From assembly GCF_963921235.1 (NCBI RefSeq), contig NC_086108.1:111044001-111108000 (forward strand): a stretch of 64,000 nt of DNA. Direction: 5' to 3'. Position 1 is the stretch's first letter; every line of letters begins with the position of its first letter. The DNA comes from Mobula hypostoma (Eukaryota). A program made the position numbers and the translations under genes. Below are positions 1 through 12,487 of the stretch, piece after piece. The notes beneath the pieces were generated by a model. That model was given only the letters and a program-made list of their open reading frames with translations. It searched no databases and was not told the DNA's origin.

Positions 1-1155
1 AAAGCTGTGCTGAACATGTCCTTATCTTAGAACTATCTAGGGTTAACCCGTAGCCCTCTATTTTTGTAAGCTCTATCCGGGAGTTTCTTAAAAGACCTTA
101 TCGTTTCCACCTCCACCAGCACTGCCGAAGCCTATTCCACGTATTCACCGCTCTCTGCGTAAAAAAAACTTACCCCGACATCTTCTCTGTACCTATTTCC
201 AAACACCTTAAAACTATACCATTCCACCCCTGGGAGAAAGCCTCTGACTATCCACACGATCAATGCCTCTCATCATCTTATACACCTCTATCAGGTCACC
301 TCTCATCTTCCGTTGCTCCAAGGAGAAAAGGCCGAGTTCACTCAACCTATTCTCATAAGGCATACACCCCAATCCAGGCAACATCCTTGTACATCTCCTC
401 TGCATCCTTTCTATGGTTTCCACATCCTTCCTATAGTGAGGCAACCAGAATTGAGCACAGTACTCCAAGTGAGGTCTGACCGGGGTCCTATATAGCTGCA
501 ACATTACCTCTTGGCTCTTAAACTCAATCCCACGATTGATGAAGGCCAATGCACTGTATGCCTTCTTAACCACAGATTCAACCTGCTTAGCAGCCTTGAG
601 TGTCCTATGGATTTGGACCCCAAGATCCCTCTGATCCTCCACACTGCCAAGAGTCTTACCATTAATACTATATTCTGCCATCATATTTGACCTACCAAAA
701 TGAACCACCTCACACTTATCTGAGTTGAACTCCATCTGCCACTTCTCAGCCCAGTTTTGCATCCTATCAATGTCCCGTTGTAACCTCTGACAGCCCTCTA
801 CACTATCCACAAAACCCCCAACCTTTGTGTCATCAGCAAATGTACTAACTCATCCCTCCACTTCCTCATCCAGGTCATTTATAAAAATCACAAAGAGTAG
901 GGGGTCCAAGAACAGGGCCCTGAGGCACACCACTGGTCACCGACCCTCATGTAGAATATGACCCATCTACAACCACTGTTTGCCTTCTGTGGGCAAGCCA
1001 GTTCTGGATTTAGTAAGCAATATCCCCTTGGATCCCATGCCTCCTTACTTTCTCAATAAGCCTTGCATGGGGTACCTTATTGAATGCCTTGCTAAAATCC
1101 ATATACACTACATCTACTGCTCTACCCTCATCAATGTGTTTAGTCACATCCTCAA
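1..1155 (-). mobile_element. CR1-clade LINE 3' fragment (RT C-terminus and 3' UTR)
   Basis: ORFs 214-810 and 1010-1228 (YMDFSKAF, RPHLEYC, RGDLIEVYK). Same family as the outer element ending near 50600. Confidence 0.9.
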
Positions 1156-4100
1156 GACATCTTTCGATCTTTTTCTCCTGCGTTCTCCCCATAACCTTTG
1201 ATCCCCTGACTAACCAACAACCTATCAACGTCTGCTTTAAATATACTTAATGACATGGCCTTTGCAGCCTTCTGTGACAATGAGTTCCACAGATCCATCA
1301 CCCTCCAGATAAAGATATTCATCCTCAGTTTTATTCTAAATGGACGTCCCTCTATTCTGAGGCTGTGCCCTCTGGTCCTAGATTCACCCACTATAGGAAA
1401 CATTCTCTCCACATCCACTCTATCAAGGCGTTTCAATATTCGACACGTTTCAATGAAATCCCCTTCATGCTCTGAACCCTCTCCAATACCAGCACATCTT
1501 TTCCTAGATAAGGAATCCAAAACTGCTCACAATGCTCCAAGTAGGGTTTGAGCAATGCCTCAAAGTTTCAGCATCACATCCTTGCTCTTATATTTCAGTT
1601 TTCATGAAATGGATGAGAACATTACCTTTGCCTTCCTCCCGCTAATGCAAAATACAAGTTAACCTTTAGGGAATTCCACAAGAACTCCCAAGTGGGAGAT
1701 GACTGATGAGATTATGAGGGCATTAATTATTTTTCAAGAATCTCTATATTCTGGAATGTTTCAGGAGGACTGGAAGATTGCAAATGTCATTTCACTCTTT
1801 AAGAAGGGAGAGGGGCCAAAGAAAGAAAATTATAGGCCAGTCAGCCTCAGTTTTTTAAAAAAAATTCTCCTTATTTAGAAAATAGTCTCCTAATGTAAAT
1901 GACCTTACACTTCCCTTCACTATATTCCATCTACCACTTCTTTGCCCATTCTGCCAATCTGTCCAAATCCTTCAGCAGACTCCCTGCTTCCTGAACACCA
2001 CCTGCCCCTCCACCTATCTTTGCATCATCTGCAAATTTGGCCACAAAGCCACCAATTCCATCATCCAAGTCATTAACATATAATGTGAAAAGAAGCAGTT
2101 CCAATACCATTAGGGCCCCTTTATTCTGACCCTTTGTCTCCTGCCAGTCAGCCAATGCTCTATCCATGTGAGTATTTTATCATGCACCTCCATCTGCCCT
2201 GAAACCTCATCTTTAATAATGCACTCCAACATCTTCCCAGCCACTGAAGTTGGCTAACTGGCTTATAATTTTCCTTCCTTCTTAAAGAGTGGAGTGACAT
2301 TTGCAATTTTCCAGTCCTCTGGAAACATTCCAGAATCTAGTGATTCTTGAAAAATAATTAATGCCATCATCATCTCTTTCCGAACCCTGAGATGTAGTCC
2401 ATTTGGTCCAAGTGACTTATCTACCTTCAGACCTCTCAGTTTTCCAGGTACCTTCTCCTTAGTAATAGTATTGACACACAATACTGCCTGATAGTCAAAT
2501 ATCTGATATACTGCTAGAGATTTCCACAGCGATGATAAATGCAAAATACTTATTAAGCTTGTCTGCCATTTCTTTGTCCACCATTACTACTTTTCCAGTA
2601 TCATTTTCCAGTGGTCCAATATTCATTCGCACCTCTCTTTTACTCTTTATATATCTGAAGAACTTTTAGCTTCCTCTTTGATAATATATAGCTTAACTTC
2701 ATATTTCATCTTTGCTCTTATTTTTTTTTAAATTGCCTTCTCTTGGTTTTTAAAAGCTTTCCAATCTTCCAACTAATTTTTGCTCTATTATATGCCCTCT
2801 CCTTTGCTTTTATGTTGTCTTTGCTTTATGTTGACTTCCCTTGTCAGCCACAACTGCCTCATCCTCCCTTCAGAATACTTCTTTGGGATGTTTCTATCTT
2901 GGACATTCTAAATTCAGAAACTCCAGTCATTGCCGTTTTATCATCCCAGCTAGTGTCTCCTTCCATTCAACTTTGGCCAGCTCCTCTCTCATGCCTCTGT
3001 TGGTTGGGGTCATGGATATTGTGTCCTACCGGTCTACATGATACGCAGGCCAGGGCAGTACGATATGGAGAGTAAGTTGTTCCCCGTGCAGCAGGCTCCC
3101 CCTTTCCACACAGCTGATGAATCCAAAGGGTCAGCAGAGACTGGTACAGTTTGGTATCAGTGGGATTGCAGGAGCTGCCAGTCAGCATTGGACTCAATGT
3201 TGGACTTCTTTAGGGACCCCAGCTCTGGATTTTTCCTAAGCATCTTCTCCATGAGTGGGAATAGCTGCAAGGCAGCAGATGTTTGAGATCAGAGTTCCTT
3301 CTCCTAGATGAGCTGCCAACCATGGCTACTGAGTCCCACTTGACTGAAGTGACGTTTTTAAGGCGCCAGTAACCCACCTTTGCCCCTTCTCCTATCAGTA
3401 GAAATATTTCCACTGGGCTTAGTAGCTAAGCCACACGTGAAGCCAAGGAGTTGGACTTGGTTGTCAGAGGCTATTTGAGATGCTCACCACCAGGAACATT
3501 TAATAGGCAGCTGAAGCTAATCCCCACTACCTCCCTTCCCCAGCAAGGGCAACCTTAAGGAACCTTTACTCCACTGTAATAATAATACATTTGACTATCT
3601 TTTCCTTCTCAAACTGCAGGGTAAATTCATCATTTTATGATCACTGCCTCCTAAGGGATCCTTTGCCTTAAGCTCTAAAAAGCCATCTCATAGGCATTCT
3701 ACAAATTCTCTTTTGGGATCCAGCACCAACTGGATTTTCCCAATTTACCTGCATATTGAAATCCCCCATGACTATCGTAACATTGCCCTTATTACATACT
3801 TCCTCTATCTCCCATTGAAATTTATACCCCACAACCTGGCTAGTGTTTGGGGGCCTGTATACAACTCCCATCAGGGTCTTTTTTACTACTGCAGTTTCTA
3901 TACCCACAAGGAGTCTACATCTTCTGATCCAGAGTCACCTCCAAGGAATTGATTTCATTTTTTACCAACAGAGCCATGTCACCCTCTGCACACTGGCCTG
4001 GCTTTTTGATATACTGTGTATCCTTGGATATTAGGATCTCACCCATGACCCTTGGGTTCAAGTCCATCCTATCTGAACAGGTCATACCTTCCCCAGAAGA

Positions 4101-4970
4101 GATCCCAATGATCCAGAAATCTGAAACGCTGCACCCTGTACCATTTCCTCGGCCACTCACTCACCTGTACTATCACCTTATTCCTGCCCTGACTAGCACG
4201 TGGAACTGGGAATAATCCAGAGATTACTACCTTGGAGATCCCTCTCTTCAGTCTCCTCCCAAGCTTCCTATATTCACTATGTCTCCTTTTCTGCCTATGT
4301 CATTGGCACTAATATGCTGCTCACCCTCCTTCTTGAGAATCTTCTGCAGCCCCTCTGAGATACTCTTGCTTCTCTTTTGTGTCCATACAATTTCCTGTCC
4401 ACCCACCTAACTATCGAGCCTATCACTATTACTCGGCCTGAATTTACCTTTCCCTTCTGGGCCTCAGTGTTGGCTACAGTGCAATGGCCTGGCTGCTGTT
4501 GCTGTGTCCTGATAGGTCATATCCCCAGCAGTATTATGGCTGAGGGGAATGGCCACTGGGGAACCCAGCACTGATTGCTTACTGCCCTTGCTTCTCCTGG
4601 TGGTCACCCATCTAATATCTGAAGCCTGCAATGGGTGTGACCACTTCAGGTTTGGCCTCCCAGGTGGTCCTGAATGCGTCCAGCTCCAGCTCCTTGACCT
4701 TGTCAGTCAGGAGCTGAAGTCAGGTGCAACTTCTTGCAAATGCAGTCAAAAACCCACATCTCACAGGAGAATTTCACTGCTTGGACTACCATCCGGCCTA
4801 CACTTGTTATGCCTCTGATTTCTCAAACTTAAGTTCTAGGCTCTGCCAGTTCTCGCCTAAGCCTGTTGAACCAAAGCCTGACCGCTCTAACACTGGCCCA
4901 CTCCAATAATAACTGCTCCAACAATGGCCACTCAACATAAATCTTGCTTCTTTTTATTGGTTCTTACTAG
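1156..4970 (-). mobile_element. Old, decayed near full-length CR1 LINE with internal insertions
   Basis: Ordered remnants: RT C-terminus, FADD (1931-2167), DWKIANVTPLFKK (2263-2544), endonuclease YRPP/GDFN (3668-3907), ORF1 traces at about 4060-4750. Confidence 0.8.
3000..3566 (-). mobile_element. Non-autonomous RTE-like short retroelement, copy 1
   Basis: Colinear with 6590-7162 (CATGGATATTG...CCTTAAGGAAC) and interrupts the CR1. Non-coding, resembles RTE 5' UTRs (CTAGGAGAAGGAA motif on the minus strand). Confidence 0.6.
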
Positions 4971-5747
4971 TTAACCCTAGTTACTATTTACCCAAGAAAT
5001 CTCCCATTCAGCAGACAAGTTGCAACAGGCCCCCCTTGCTTTTTAAAACTGGTGTGTGAAGTTCCACAAGGAATTGTCTACAACTCACTCCACGATCTCC
5101 CATTCTGCAGACAATGTTCTGGATGACGGGAGTCCTTAATGATGGATGCCACCTTTTTGGGGCATTACTTTTTGAATGAGTCCTTGATGATGGAGCCGGC
5201 CGAGTTTACAACTTCCTGCAGTTTTTTCTGATCCTGTGCAGTGGCCCCTACATACCAGGCAGTGATACAACCGGTCAAAATGCTGTCCATGGTACATCTG
5301 TAACAGGGTAACAATTATATCATCTTTCCAGGAACTGTTCAATAGTTTTATAATAAGCTACTGGAAGAACTCAGTAGGTCAAGCAGCATCTGTGGCAGGA
5401 GTGTTCCACTCGCTGTAAAACACCTACCTTTGACGTCCTCCAGTCACCTTAAAGTTATGCCCTCTCTTATTAGCCATTCATGCCCTTGGCAAAAAAAAAT
5501 GTTGGCTGTCCAAGCTATCAAAGCCTCTTATCATCTTATACATCTCCATCAAGTCACTTCTCATCATTCTTTGCTCCAAAGATAAAAATCCAGGCTAAAT
5601 GGAAGACTCTTCCAAAGAACTACCATGGGTATGATGGGCCAATTGGCCTTACTGCGTCTATTACCATTGCTGGTGACATAACCTTAACAATCCTTCACTT
5701 GGTTTCAAGAGCCATTCTTACATTGTTCTCTGTTTTCTTTTGGAAAG

Positions 5748-5867
5748 CTGATTAAGAAGTGTTGGGCTCACAACCCTCTCCTGAGGCCAACGTTTGAACA
5801 AGTTAAGAAGATGCTTGATAAAATGAATCCCCATAAAGTGAGCCCTGTGGACATGATGATGAACTTG
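5748..5867 (+). CDS. Receptor-type guanylyl cyclase, coding exon A (end of kinase-homology domain); upstream exons not identified in this window
   Basis: Pyrimidine tract and AG at 5746-5747, GTAAGA donor at 5868. Reads LIKKCWAHNPLLRPTFEQVKKMLDKMNPHKVSPVDMMMNL (CW...RP.F kinase subdomain XI). Phase 0, joins exon B. Confidence 0.9.
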
Positions 5868-6589
5868 GTAAGAACTCCTTTCCGATTGGTCGGGTGATGG
5901 GCCAGTAGTTACTCGGCTGGGATTTGGGGGCCACTCTCATTGGCTCACAGCATCCCCCACACACCGTCAGCCTGGTTTGGGTAGGACAGGGTCACTAACA
6001 GGTCCCATCCCCCTAGAACACCTTGGAGTGGGACTTGGAATTGGAATTAGTTTGTTATTGTTACATGCATCAAGATTTTGTAAAAATCTTATCTTGATTA
6101 CAGTCCATATGAATCCTTTCATTTCAAAAATGCATTGAGATAGTATAAAATAAAACAATAAAGTGTTACAATTACAAAGAAACTGCAGTGCTGGTAGACA
6201 ATAAGGTGCATGATCATATCAAAGTAGATTAGGAGGTCAAGTGTCCATCTTATCATATTAGAGAATCATTCTCTATATTCTTCTTATAACAGTGGGTAGA
6301 AGCTGTCCTTGAGCCTGGTGGCATGTTCTTTCAAGCTTTGTATAGATAGAGAGATAGATATACTTCATTGATCCCCAGGGAAATTGGGTTTCATTACAGC
6401 CACACCAACCAAGAATAGAGCATAAATATAGCAATACAAAAACCACAATCAATCGAACAACAAAATGCAAACTATGCCAGATGGAAATAAGTCCAGGACC
6501 AGCCTATTGGCTCAGGGTGTCTGACCCTCCATCTGGCTAATGGGAGGGGAGAGGAGAGAAGAGCGAATATTTGGGGTGGGTGACAATGA

Positions 6590-7162
6590 GGTCCTCCGTT
6601 GTTCGAGTTTGGCCATGGATATTGCGTCCCAGATGTCCATGAATGTGCAAGCCAGAGCAGTACGTTATGGAGAGCGAGGTTTCCCCTTGCAGCAGGCTAC
6701 CCTTCTCCTTGCATCTAAAGAACCCAAAGGAACAGCAGCGACCAATGTGGTTTGGCATCAGTGGCACCGCAGGAGTTACCATTCGGTGTTGAACTCAATG
6801 TAGGACTGCCTTAGGGATTCCAGCTCCGAGGTTTTACTCCCGAAGCCTTTCCCATATGAGTGCGTATAGCCACCAGACAGTGGAGGTTTGAAATCAGAGT
6901 TTACCTTATCCTAGATGAACTGCCAACCACGGCTGACGAGCCTCATCTGTCCAGAACAGCTATAAGGCGACAGTAACCCAATTCTGCCCCCTCTTCTGTC
7001 AGTAGAAATAGTTCCTCCGGGCTTAGCAGCTGATCCAAATGTGAAGGCCAGGAACTGGACTTGGTAGTCTGAGGCTATTTGAGACACATGCCATTGAGAG
7101 CATTTAATAGGTAGTGGGAGCTTGTTCCCATTACCACCCCGGCTATAACACCCTTAAGGAAC
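6590..7162 (-). mobile_element. Non-autonomous RTE-like short retroelement, copy 2
   Basis: Colinear homology with 3000-3566. Confidence 0.6.
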
Positions 7163-7539
7163 TCAAGGTAGTGCACAGGGATATTTATGTACCTTTGATA
7201 ATACATTTTCTCTGTAGTACTGTACTTTAAAACACATGGGGTTTGCTTGTTTGTCTTCATGGTCAGCACGGACCAAGAGGGCCAAAGGGCCTGTTTCTGT
7301 GCTGTATGATTAATGTGTTTTTGCTACAGTTGCCAGTTCACTCTCCCTGACCAATCAGCTTACAGAACTGGAACTGGTTACACCCACAGTGAAAATAAGC
7401 CAATCAGCAACCAGGGAACTGAAAGTGATTGAGGAGTTTACAAGTGTGTGAAGTGTCATGGATGGCAGTGGGAACGGACTGAACCAAGGGGGACAATTTT
7501 TGTGTGTTACTTCAGGTAACTGAACTACTTTTGTTTCAG

Positions 7540-7633
7540 ATGGAAAAGTACAGCAAGCATTTGGAAGTTATTGTGGCTGAAAGGACTCAAGACCTGCTCC
7601 AGGAGAAGCAGAAGACAGACTCCCTCCTGTATA
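7540..7633 (+). CDS. Guanylyl cyclase exon B (coiled-coil/dimerisation helix)
   Basis: TTTCAG acceptor, GTAAGG donor. Reads MEKYSKHLEVIVAERTQDLLQEKQKTDSLLY plus 1 nt, matching the ME.Y...LE..V.ERT..L..EK.KT..LL hinge motif. Confidence 0.93.
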
Positions 7634-7728
7634 GTAAGGAAGCTTGGTTCCTCTTCCACCACGTCCATTGTTCTGAGCCAACGTTCAGGCTGTTTGTAAA
7701 CTGATGGGTTGATGTTCTATGCCTCCAG

Positions 7729-7816
7729 GTATGTTACCTAGAGAAGTGGCTGATGACCTTCGGCAGGGGATCGTATCTGAGGCACAAAGTTACTCCAACG
7801 CCACAGTCTACTTCAG
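7729..7816 (+). CDS. Guanylyl cyclase exon C
   Basis: CTCCAG acceptor. Reads (S)MLPREVADDLRQGIVSEAQSYSNATVYF(S). Ends at AG|GCATGT, a GC donor needed to join DIVGFT in frame. Confidence 0.9.
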
Positions 7817-7989
7817 GCATGTTAGCTCAGTGTCTTACATTAACTCCACAGTTGTCACGGTGTAAGTGTGAGTTGGGCCACTTTGTTGCAGCTGCCTTGA
7901 CAGGCTGTGGGAACACATTACCTATAAAGGACGCCTTAAATCTCTGGTGCAAACCTTGGATGTCCACTTGGGGTCACATTAAAATCTGA

Positions 7990-8570
7990 TCCCATCCAGC
8001 TAGAGCCAATCCCATCCCACCTAAATGCAGCCAGTCCAATCCAGCAGACCGTAGATACTCCCAACTGAAACAAAGCCAATTCCAAACAGCCAATCGAAAT
8101 CCAATCCAAACGTGGTCAATCCCCATTCCACACAATCATGTCCAATACCAACCTATCACAGCCAATCCCAAATTGACCCAACCATGGCCAGTCCTAATTG
8201 ACACCCCCACGGCCAATCCCATTCAACCAAGGCCAATCCAAAACCGACCCAACTTTGACCAATTTCACCCAGTGATGGCCAGTCCCAAACGGAGCCAACC
8301 ATGGACAGTCACAGTCCAACCCAACCATTGCCAATTCCAGCCCAATCCACCCACCTGACCATAGACAATCCCAAACAAACCTGTCACTGCCAAACTGCAT
8401 TCAATCCAAACATAGCCAATCCCAGCATGATTGAAAATAGACAGTCCTGAGTTTGGCCACTGCCTGTCCCACTGGAGCACAAACAAGGACAATCCCATCC
8501 TGAAGTATGCATCCAAGCACAGCCAAATCCTGTTCCTACCATCAGCAATCCAAACCCCACCCAACCATAA
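7990..8570. repeat. Degenerate CCAAN pentamer low-complexity tract in intron C-D
   Basis: Dozens of CCAAT/CCAAA/CCAAC/CCCAT units with strong C/A strand skew. Confidence 0.75.
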
Positions 8571-9229
8571 GTCTATAAACACAGCAGCAGAATTAGGCCA
8601 TTTGACCATCAAGACTGCTCTCTCAACGTCTGCTGTGTCTTGGCCTTCCATTATTATTTATTTAGAGATACAGCACAGAACTGGCCCTTTCAGCCCAATG
8701 AATTGTGCTGCTCTACAGCCCTCTGTTTTATCCCATACCTAATCACGGGGCAAGATTTACCAACTAAACTGCTAACCAGTACACCTTTGCACTATGGGAG
8801 GCACCTGGAGCACCTGGGGGAAACCCATGCACACACAGGGAGAATGTACAAACTCCTTACAGATGACATGGGAACTGAACTCTGACGCTCCAAGCTGTAA
8901 AAGCATCGTGCTAACCGCCATGCTACTGTGGCACCCTGCTACGCCGCTGCGCGTTCCAAAGTTCCATACACCCTTCTCATTCTTCTAAACTCTAGTGTGT
9001 GCTAACCAGCACAACTCTCATCCGAGGACGACCCAGAGATTTAGCAGATTAGCACTGAGCACAGCACAGGAACTGGCCCTTCAGCCAATGTTATCATGCC
9101 GAACTTGATGAATTAAATTAATCAAATTAAATGTCTTCTCTCTGTGTATGGCCCATATCGCTCCATACCCTCTGTCTACGTGTCTCTCTGTTGGTTATCC
9201 ATTGTATTCCATAAAGACAGTGCACTGGC

Positions 9230-9790
9230 ATGGCCAGGACATTGGTCCCACTATCTGAGAAAGAATGTGCTCGCACTGGAGTAGGTCCAGAGAAGGTTCA
9301 TTAAAAATGATCCTGTGAATGAAAGGGTTAATGCATGAGGAGCTTTTGATGTCTCTGGGCCTATATTCCCTAGAGTTTAGAAGAAATTGGGGGTCGGGGG
9401 CGGGGTGGAATATCATTGACACTTATCAAATATTGAAAGGCCTGGAAAGAGTGGAATTAGAGAAGATGTTTCCTATGGTGGAGGAGTTTAGGACCAGAGG
9501 GCACAGACTCAGAATAAAAGAACATCCCCACAGAACAGAGGTGTGGAGGAATTTCTTTAGTCACAGTATGGTGAATATGTGGAATTCATTGCCACAGACA
9601 GCTGTGGAGGCCAAATTATTGGGTATATTTAAGGAAGAGCTTGATAGGTTCTTGATTAGTCAGGGTGTCAAAGGTTTTGTGGAGAGGGCAGGAGAAGGGG
9701 TTGAGAGGAAAAATAAGTCAGCAATGATGCAGCAGACTCGATGGGCCGAATGACCCAATTCTGCTTCTATATCTTATGATTTTATGGTCT
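9230..9790 (+). mobile_element. CR1 LINE 3' fragment
   Basis: ORF 9319-9753 (LGLYSLEFRR, RTRGH, WNSLP); 3' UTR GGGCCGAATG hairpin and TTATG tail. Confidence 0.85.
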
Positions 9791-10724
9791 TTTGCAAAAG
9801 GAGACCTGTGCAGGAGAGTTTTTAGAGTGGAAAAGCCGGTGCACTCTCTTTCCTCAGAGATCCGGGTCCAGTGGTACGAGTAGTCATGACAGACCAGGGT
9901 CTTGCTTGGTCGTTGTGAATGCCCATGACCTCCTGTGTGCCTCGTCATGCCCTTCACTCTCCAAGGAGAGTTGCATATCCCCCTTCCTGGTCGTTGGATC
10001 TCACGGCTGATCCCATATGCCCAGTCCGCTGGAGTTGACTTCTCATGCTAGGATGGGCCTGTCCCTTTCTCCCCGGGGTACGAGATCTGCTGGCTCCCCT
10101 CACCTGGTTCAGCCCGCCTTTCGAAGTGGTGTACTTGGGAGTGGCCACCGTCTCATCTAAACAGCTACTTTGAGCCATGGGTGAGGGGTGAGTGTCCAGA
10201 GGGGCTCAAAGGTGAGTGAGCTGCCCCAGTATGGACATGACAAGCCCCTTCACCAGAGGTACTACCCATCCCTGGACACCCCACACACCCCTCATAACTC
10301 TATCAGATCACACCTCAGCTTCCTTCACTTCAGGGAAAGCAAGCCCAGTCTCTCCAATCTCTCTCCGTAACTAAAGTCCTCCAATCCAGGCAACATCCAG
10401 GTGAGTCTCCTCTGCACTCTCTCCAACACAACTCGACCTTTCCCACAGTGAGACAACCAGAACTAGTTCAAGATTCAAGATTGCTTAATGTCATTTCCAG
10501 AACACAAGTGTAAAGGAGAACAAAATATTGTTATTCCAGATCCAATACACCACTAGAAAACACAATCATAATAACGTGTCTGACAGCTTCTTGAACATTA
10601 TTATCATCTCTGGTTCCACCCCCACCTCTGTAGCCCTTTCCGGGTACCTAACCTAATCCCTGACCCCTGAGCTTGGTATTGTTGGGTTGTTGAGTCCATT
10701 AACCGTTGTGTTCACCTCTTGCAG

Positions 10725-10864
10725 CGATATAGTTGGCTTCACCCAGTTGTCCAGTGCCAGCACGCCCTATCAAGTTGTGCACTTCCTCAACTGCCTCTAC
10801 ACCACCTTTGATGACATTATCGACAACCACGACGTCTACAAGGTGGAGACGATCGGTGACGCGT
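10725..10864 (+). CDS. Guanylyl cyclase exon D (catalytic domain, both metal-binding Asp)
   Basis: TTGCAG acceptor, GTAAGT donor. Reads [46 protein letters not shown]. Confidence 0.95.
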
Positions 10865-10904
10865 GTAAGTAGATTTTCTCACAGTTGGGCCAGCACTTTT
10901 GTTG

Positions 10905-11193
10905 GACGTCACGGCAGTGTAAAGGTTAACACAACGCTCTCGCAGCTCGGCACAGCAGAGTTCGGAATACAATTGTGACGCTGTGTGAAGGGAGTCAATA
11001 CGTCATCCCCATGGAATACAAGGGTTTCCTCTGGGTCCTTCGGTTTCCTCCCACAGTCAAAAGACGTACCTGTTAATAGGTTAATTGATCATTGTAAATT
11101 GTCCCGTGGTTAGGCTGGGGTTAAATTGGGGGTTGCAGGGCAGCGCAGCTCAGAGGGCCTGTTCTGTTCTGCACTGTATCTCTAAATAAATAA
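10905..11193 (+). mobile_element. tRNA-derived V-SINE-like element (related copies at about 8660-8945 minus, 21555-21830 and 23275-23540)
   Basis: Central GGGTTTCCTC...GGTTTCCTCCCACAGTC.AAAGAC domain and tail CTGTATCTCTAAATAAATAAA shared among the copies. Confidence 0.7.
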
Positions 11194-11229
11194 ACTTGCA
11201 CCTTTACTGAGCAGGTGTCCACTCTACTC

Positions 11230-11545
11230 TCCTATCAGATTCCTTCTTTTCCAGCCTTTTGCCTTTCCCACCTATGATCTTCCAGCTTCTCAGTTCGTCT
11301 CCTCTTCCCCACCCACCTGCCTCTGCCCATCACCTTCCACTGATCCGTCTTTCCTCCACCACATTTGTATTCTGGCATCTTCCCCCTTCCTTTCCACTCC
11401 TGAAGAAGGGTCTCAGCCTGACACATCGACTGTTTATTCATTTCCATCCAAGCCGCCTGACCTGCTGAATTCCTCCAGTGTTGTGTGCATGTATCTGTGT
11501 GTGTTGCTCTGGATTTCCAGCATTTGCAGAATTTCTTCTGCGTAT
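11230..11545 (+). mobile_element. Penelope-like element end with degenerate minimal hammerhead (11395-11432)
   Basis: Pyrimidine-rich stretch, then CTGAAGA-AGGGTCTCAGCCT-GACA-CATC-GACTG. Homologous to minus-strand copies at about 61500-61700 and 62800-62940. Confidence 0.65.
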
Positions 11546-12242
11546 GCTAAAGATTAAAGATTAGCTTTATTTACCACATGTACATTGAAACATACAGTGA
11601 AATGCATTGTTTGCATCAACAGCAAAACAGTCCAAGGATGTGCTGGGGGCTGCCCACAAGGGTCACCATGGCTTCTGGCACCAGCATAGCACAACCACAA
11701 CTTTCCTCTTGTAATAAACAGTGTACTTTGGGACACCTTGGGAGATCCAGTATCCAAGGAGCAACATTTCACAATTGGCTGGGTTAAACTCCAAACTCAA
11801 TCTGCCATTTGTCCACCAATACCCAACTCCAACTGTTGGCAATACTCTACGCTAACCACAGGATTATGAATCATTGTATCATCTGCAAACTTGCTAACCA
11901 CCCATCCATATCTATATACTATACAGTGTATATCACCGACAGCAAAGCTCTCAGTACAGTTCTCTGTGGAACAACACTAAGCATGAACCTCTAGCCTTGA
12001 CCATTTTTTATAGACAAGACAATTCTGAATCCAAATGGACAATTCACCATGGATCCCATGCATCCTAATCTTCTGGGTGAGAGACCTTGTCAAATGGCTG
12101 TGATGTCAGTATTGTCTGCTTGTTTGAAGATTAATGGTGATTGGTTGCATGCCGATGTTCCCGTGGGATTAACGGATGGATTAGGGAAGCCCAACAGATG
12201 CCGAGAGCTGACAGTCATGGTCTCTCTTGCTTCTCCCCACAG

Positions 12243-12395
12243 ATATGGTCGTATCTGGAGTTCCCAAGGAAAACGGCCTGAACCATGGTGGAGAGATTGC
12301 CAGCATGGCCCTGGATCTGGTTTCTGTCTGCAAGTCCTTTGTGATCCCACACATGCCAGATAAGAAGTTGAAAATCCGGGCAGGCATCCACTCAG
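12243..12395 (+). CDS. Guanylyl cyclase exon E
   Basis: CCCCACAG acceptor, GTAAC donor. Reads (Y)MVVSGVPKENGLNHGGEIASMALDLVSVCKSFVIPHMPDKKLKIRAGIHS(G). Confidence 0.95.
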
Positions 12396-12487
12396 GTAAC
12401 ACCTTCAAGATCAAGATCAAGTTCAGTTTACTGTCATTCAGCCATATGCATGTATACCACAGTACATACGTGTAACACATATGTGCA

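Noticed and set aside
3105..3150. CTGATGA suggesting a hammerhead in the RTE-like short element
   Set aside because: There is no correctly placed GAAA or stem I, and the second copy (about 6710) lacks the motif.
3415..3470. Minus-strand TTCACGT resembling the L3 loop of CPEB3/HDV-like ribozymes
   Set aside because: The flanking P3 and P1 pairings could not be built, and the second copy differs at this site.
8173..8742. Pro/Gln-rich and Trp/Gly-rich ORFs
   Set aside because: They are translations of the CCAAN low-complexity tract inside an intron.
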